From Selaginella moellendorffii (Eukaryota; Plantae; Lycopodiophyta), in the NCBI RefSeq assembly GCF_000143415.4, contig NW_003314304.1, positions 499,668 through 563,667 on the forward strand: a stretch of 64,000 bases of DNA, in the 5' to 3' direction. Below are positions 62,518 to 64,000 of the stretch, piece after piece. Made by a program: the position numbers and the translations under genes. The number at the start of each line of letters is the position of its first letter. Position 1 is the first letter of the stretch. The notes beneath the pieces are model-generated. The model saw nothing but the letters and a program-made list of their open reading frames with translations, did not search any database and had not been told where the DNA came from.

Positions 62518-62989
62518 TGGGAGATTGAATGGTCAATGCTCCCAGTCCAAGCATGGGTGGCACTACCTACTTGGATACTTGGTGTGGCTCAATGGAACCT
62601 CACTCTAAGCCCATGGCTAAAGCACCCAAAGGCGAAAGGCGGGGAGAGTACCCAAGAGGCTCGCATAGGGTTACGGTGTTTCGAAATATTTTCCCAAAGT
62701 CCCAGACTATGGAGAGGAAGAGGAGCAGTCCTTTGGTGTAGTGATATATTTGAATCTTATAGATTGTCTCTTAAATCTTTTTTTTTTTTTTGTTGCTTAT
62801 AACTTCCTTCCACGCATTCACCAAAAACCTCTGTAGCAATTATTGAAGCAATTACCACCTTTTTTTGCTACCACTTAAAGAATGCTTAATAGTGGTGTTT
62901 GTCCACCACTTCCAACCATTTTCTATCTTGTAATTTAAATTTGGTGCTAGTAAATTTAAATTTAAATTTAAGAGTGTGCTGTTTTCCCC

Positions 62990-63872
62990 AATATCTCCCT
63001 TAACAAAGGCAATCAAAGGACATGGAAGAAAAAACCCAGGGACCGGATTCAGACTCTGCAAAGAAGGAACACACCACTCAGGTTCTAAGAAATTGGTGAC
63101 CCTGGATGTAGTGTCTATGAACAGAGTTAAACATGTTCCACCTAACACTCGTGTAGATCTTCGAAGTGGGATGTACACGTTTTCTTCCTGTCCATCTATG
63201 GAAAGGTAACAGCAACCGGGCTTCATTGAAGACAAACAGCAGCTTCAACAGTTGGCCTGTCATCTCCATACCAATTCCCAAAGCCAGGGACCTCAAGAAT
63301 ATAACTCTGGAAGACTTCAATGGCTTTAGTCTCCCATGTCGTCCATAGTTCAACTGAGTACTAGCCTGTATCTTCTTGAGAAACTTAAGTTTCCATTCAA
63401 GTTTTTTAATCCGATTCTCCACCCCCGGCCAAAATCCCTTTCCACCATCTACCGTCATCATGTTTGAAAACACTTGCAGCCCCCACGGCTCCTCTTTCCC
63501 TAGTCCTCCACCCAGCTCCTCAATGCATGCGATCCAATAAGCCAGACAGTAGGTCATGCATGCGAGATGGCCTGCGTAATCTCCATTTCCCAGTGCCTGC
63601 CTTGCACGGCCGAGGAAAGCATTTCTAAAATATGAGGGCTGAGGATAACAGGAGCCAGAACCCAGCGACAAGTAAATGACCCAAACCTGTTTCCGATGTA
63701 ACTCTCGAACCACCCTCGACTTACCCCAGCCGCTGGACTGGAAGAGACCAACGATACGTGAAAAATCAGTCTCCTTCTTGATCTTGTTCAGGGCATCGTA
63801 AAACGAGTCTACTCCACTGCCCTGATATTCCATGTCAAGTGCTCGACCTGTAGCAGCAGCAAACATAAACAT
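62990..63872 (-). pseudogene. Fungal/Crinkler-associated-type P-loop NTPase, frameshifted and 3'-truncated; probably extends past the right edge
   Basis: Walker A LFQSSGWGKSR, VIYLSL..CYP, Walker B LLFVFNEAR, then after a frameshift near 63205 LRRS..LFIDTTSRVTNFLEP. Confidence 0.6.
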
Positions 63873-64000
63873 TCATGCAAACTGACGCACTTACTTGCCA
63901 ATCGTTAACTCTATGCCATGTTGTGGACTTGTCCTTGTACTGCTACTGCTCCTCCGGTGTCAGCTTGTACCAGCAAGCTCTATAGATTTCATCAAGCCAT

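Noticed and set aside
61568-62802. 331-aa and 366-aa ORFs (and ORF 40418-40729)
   Set aside because: Artefacts of reading through N gaps.

Overview
Compact plant nuclear DNA with very short introns, telo-box promoters and a PLS-class PPR gene; most likely the lycophyte Selaginella (inferred, not proven). From 1 to about 18 kb: a decayed KLHDC4-like kelch gene head-to-head with an intronless TORNADO1-like LRR-ROC-COR (ROCO) gene carrying one frameshift, a sucrose-phosphatase pseudogene, a PHO1-type SPX-EXS gene cut off by a chromovirus-like Ty3/gypsy element with a GGGAAAC gag-pol slippery site, and AT-rich retroelement debris. From about 18.7 to 32 kb: a subtilase, a TFIIS-M/SPOC (BORDER-like) gene, a 77-aa HMG-box gene, ferredoxin-nitrite reductase, and three kiwellin genes interleaved with two eroded nitrite reductase 3' copies. 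From about 33 to 41 kb: an old Ty3/gypsy element with a nested TRIM, a LINE relic, a gap, then an exon the ORF track missed that encodes a stand-alone kissper domain with a Pro-rich tail. From about 41 to 64 kb: PIP1 aquaporin, SEN1-like helicase, YbaK/ProX-like gene, secreted double-DUF3455 gene, PPR, UGT, PPR relic, and a frameshifted fungal/Crinkler-type P-loop NTPase. Best candidate for something undescribed: a split kiwellin locus, with three kissper-less kiwellins and a separately encoded kissper peptide nearby. All family calls come from recalled motifs; no database searches were run.
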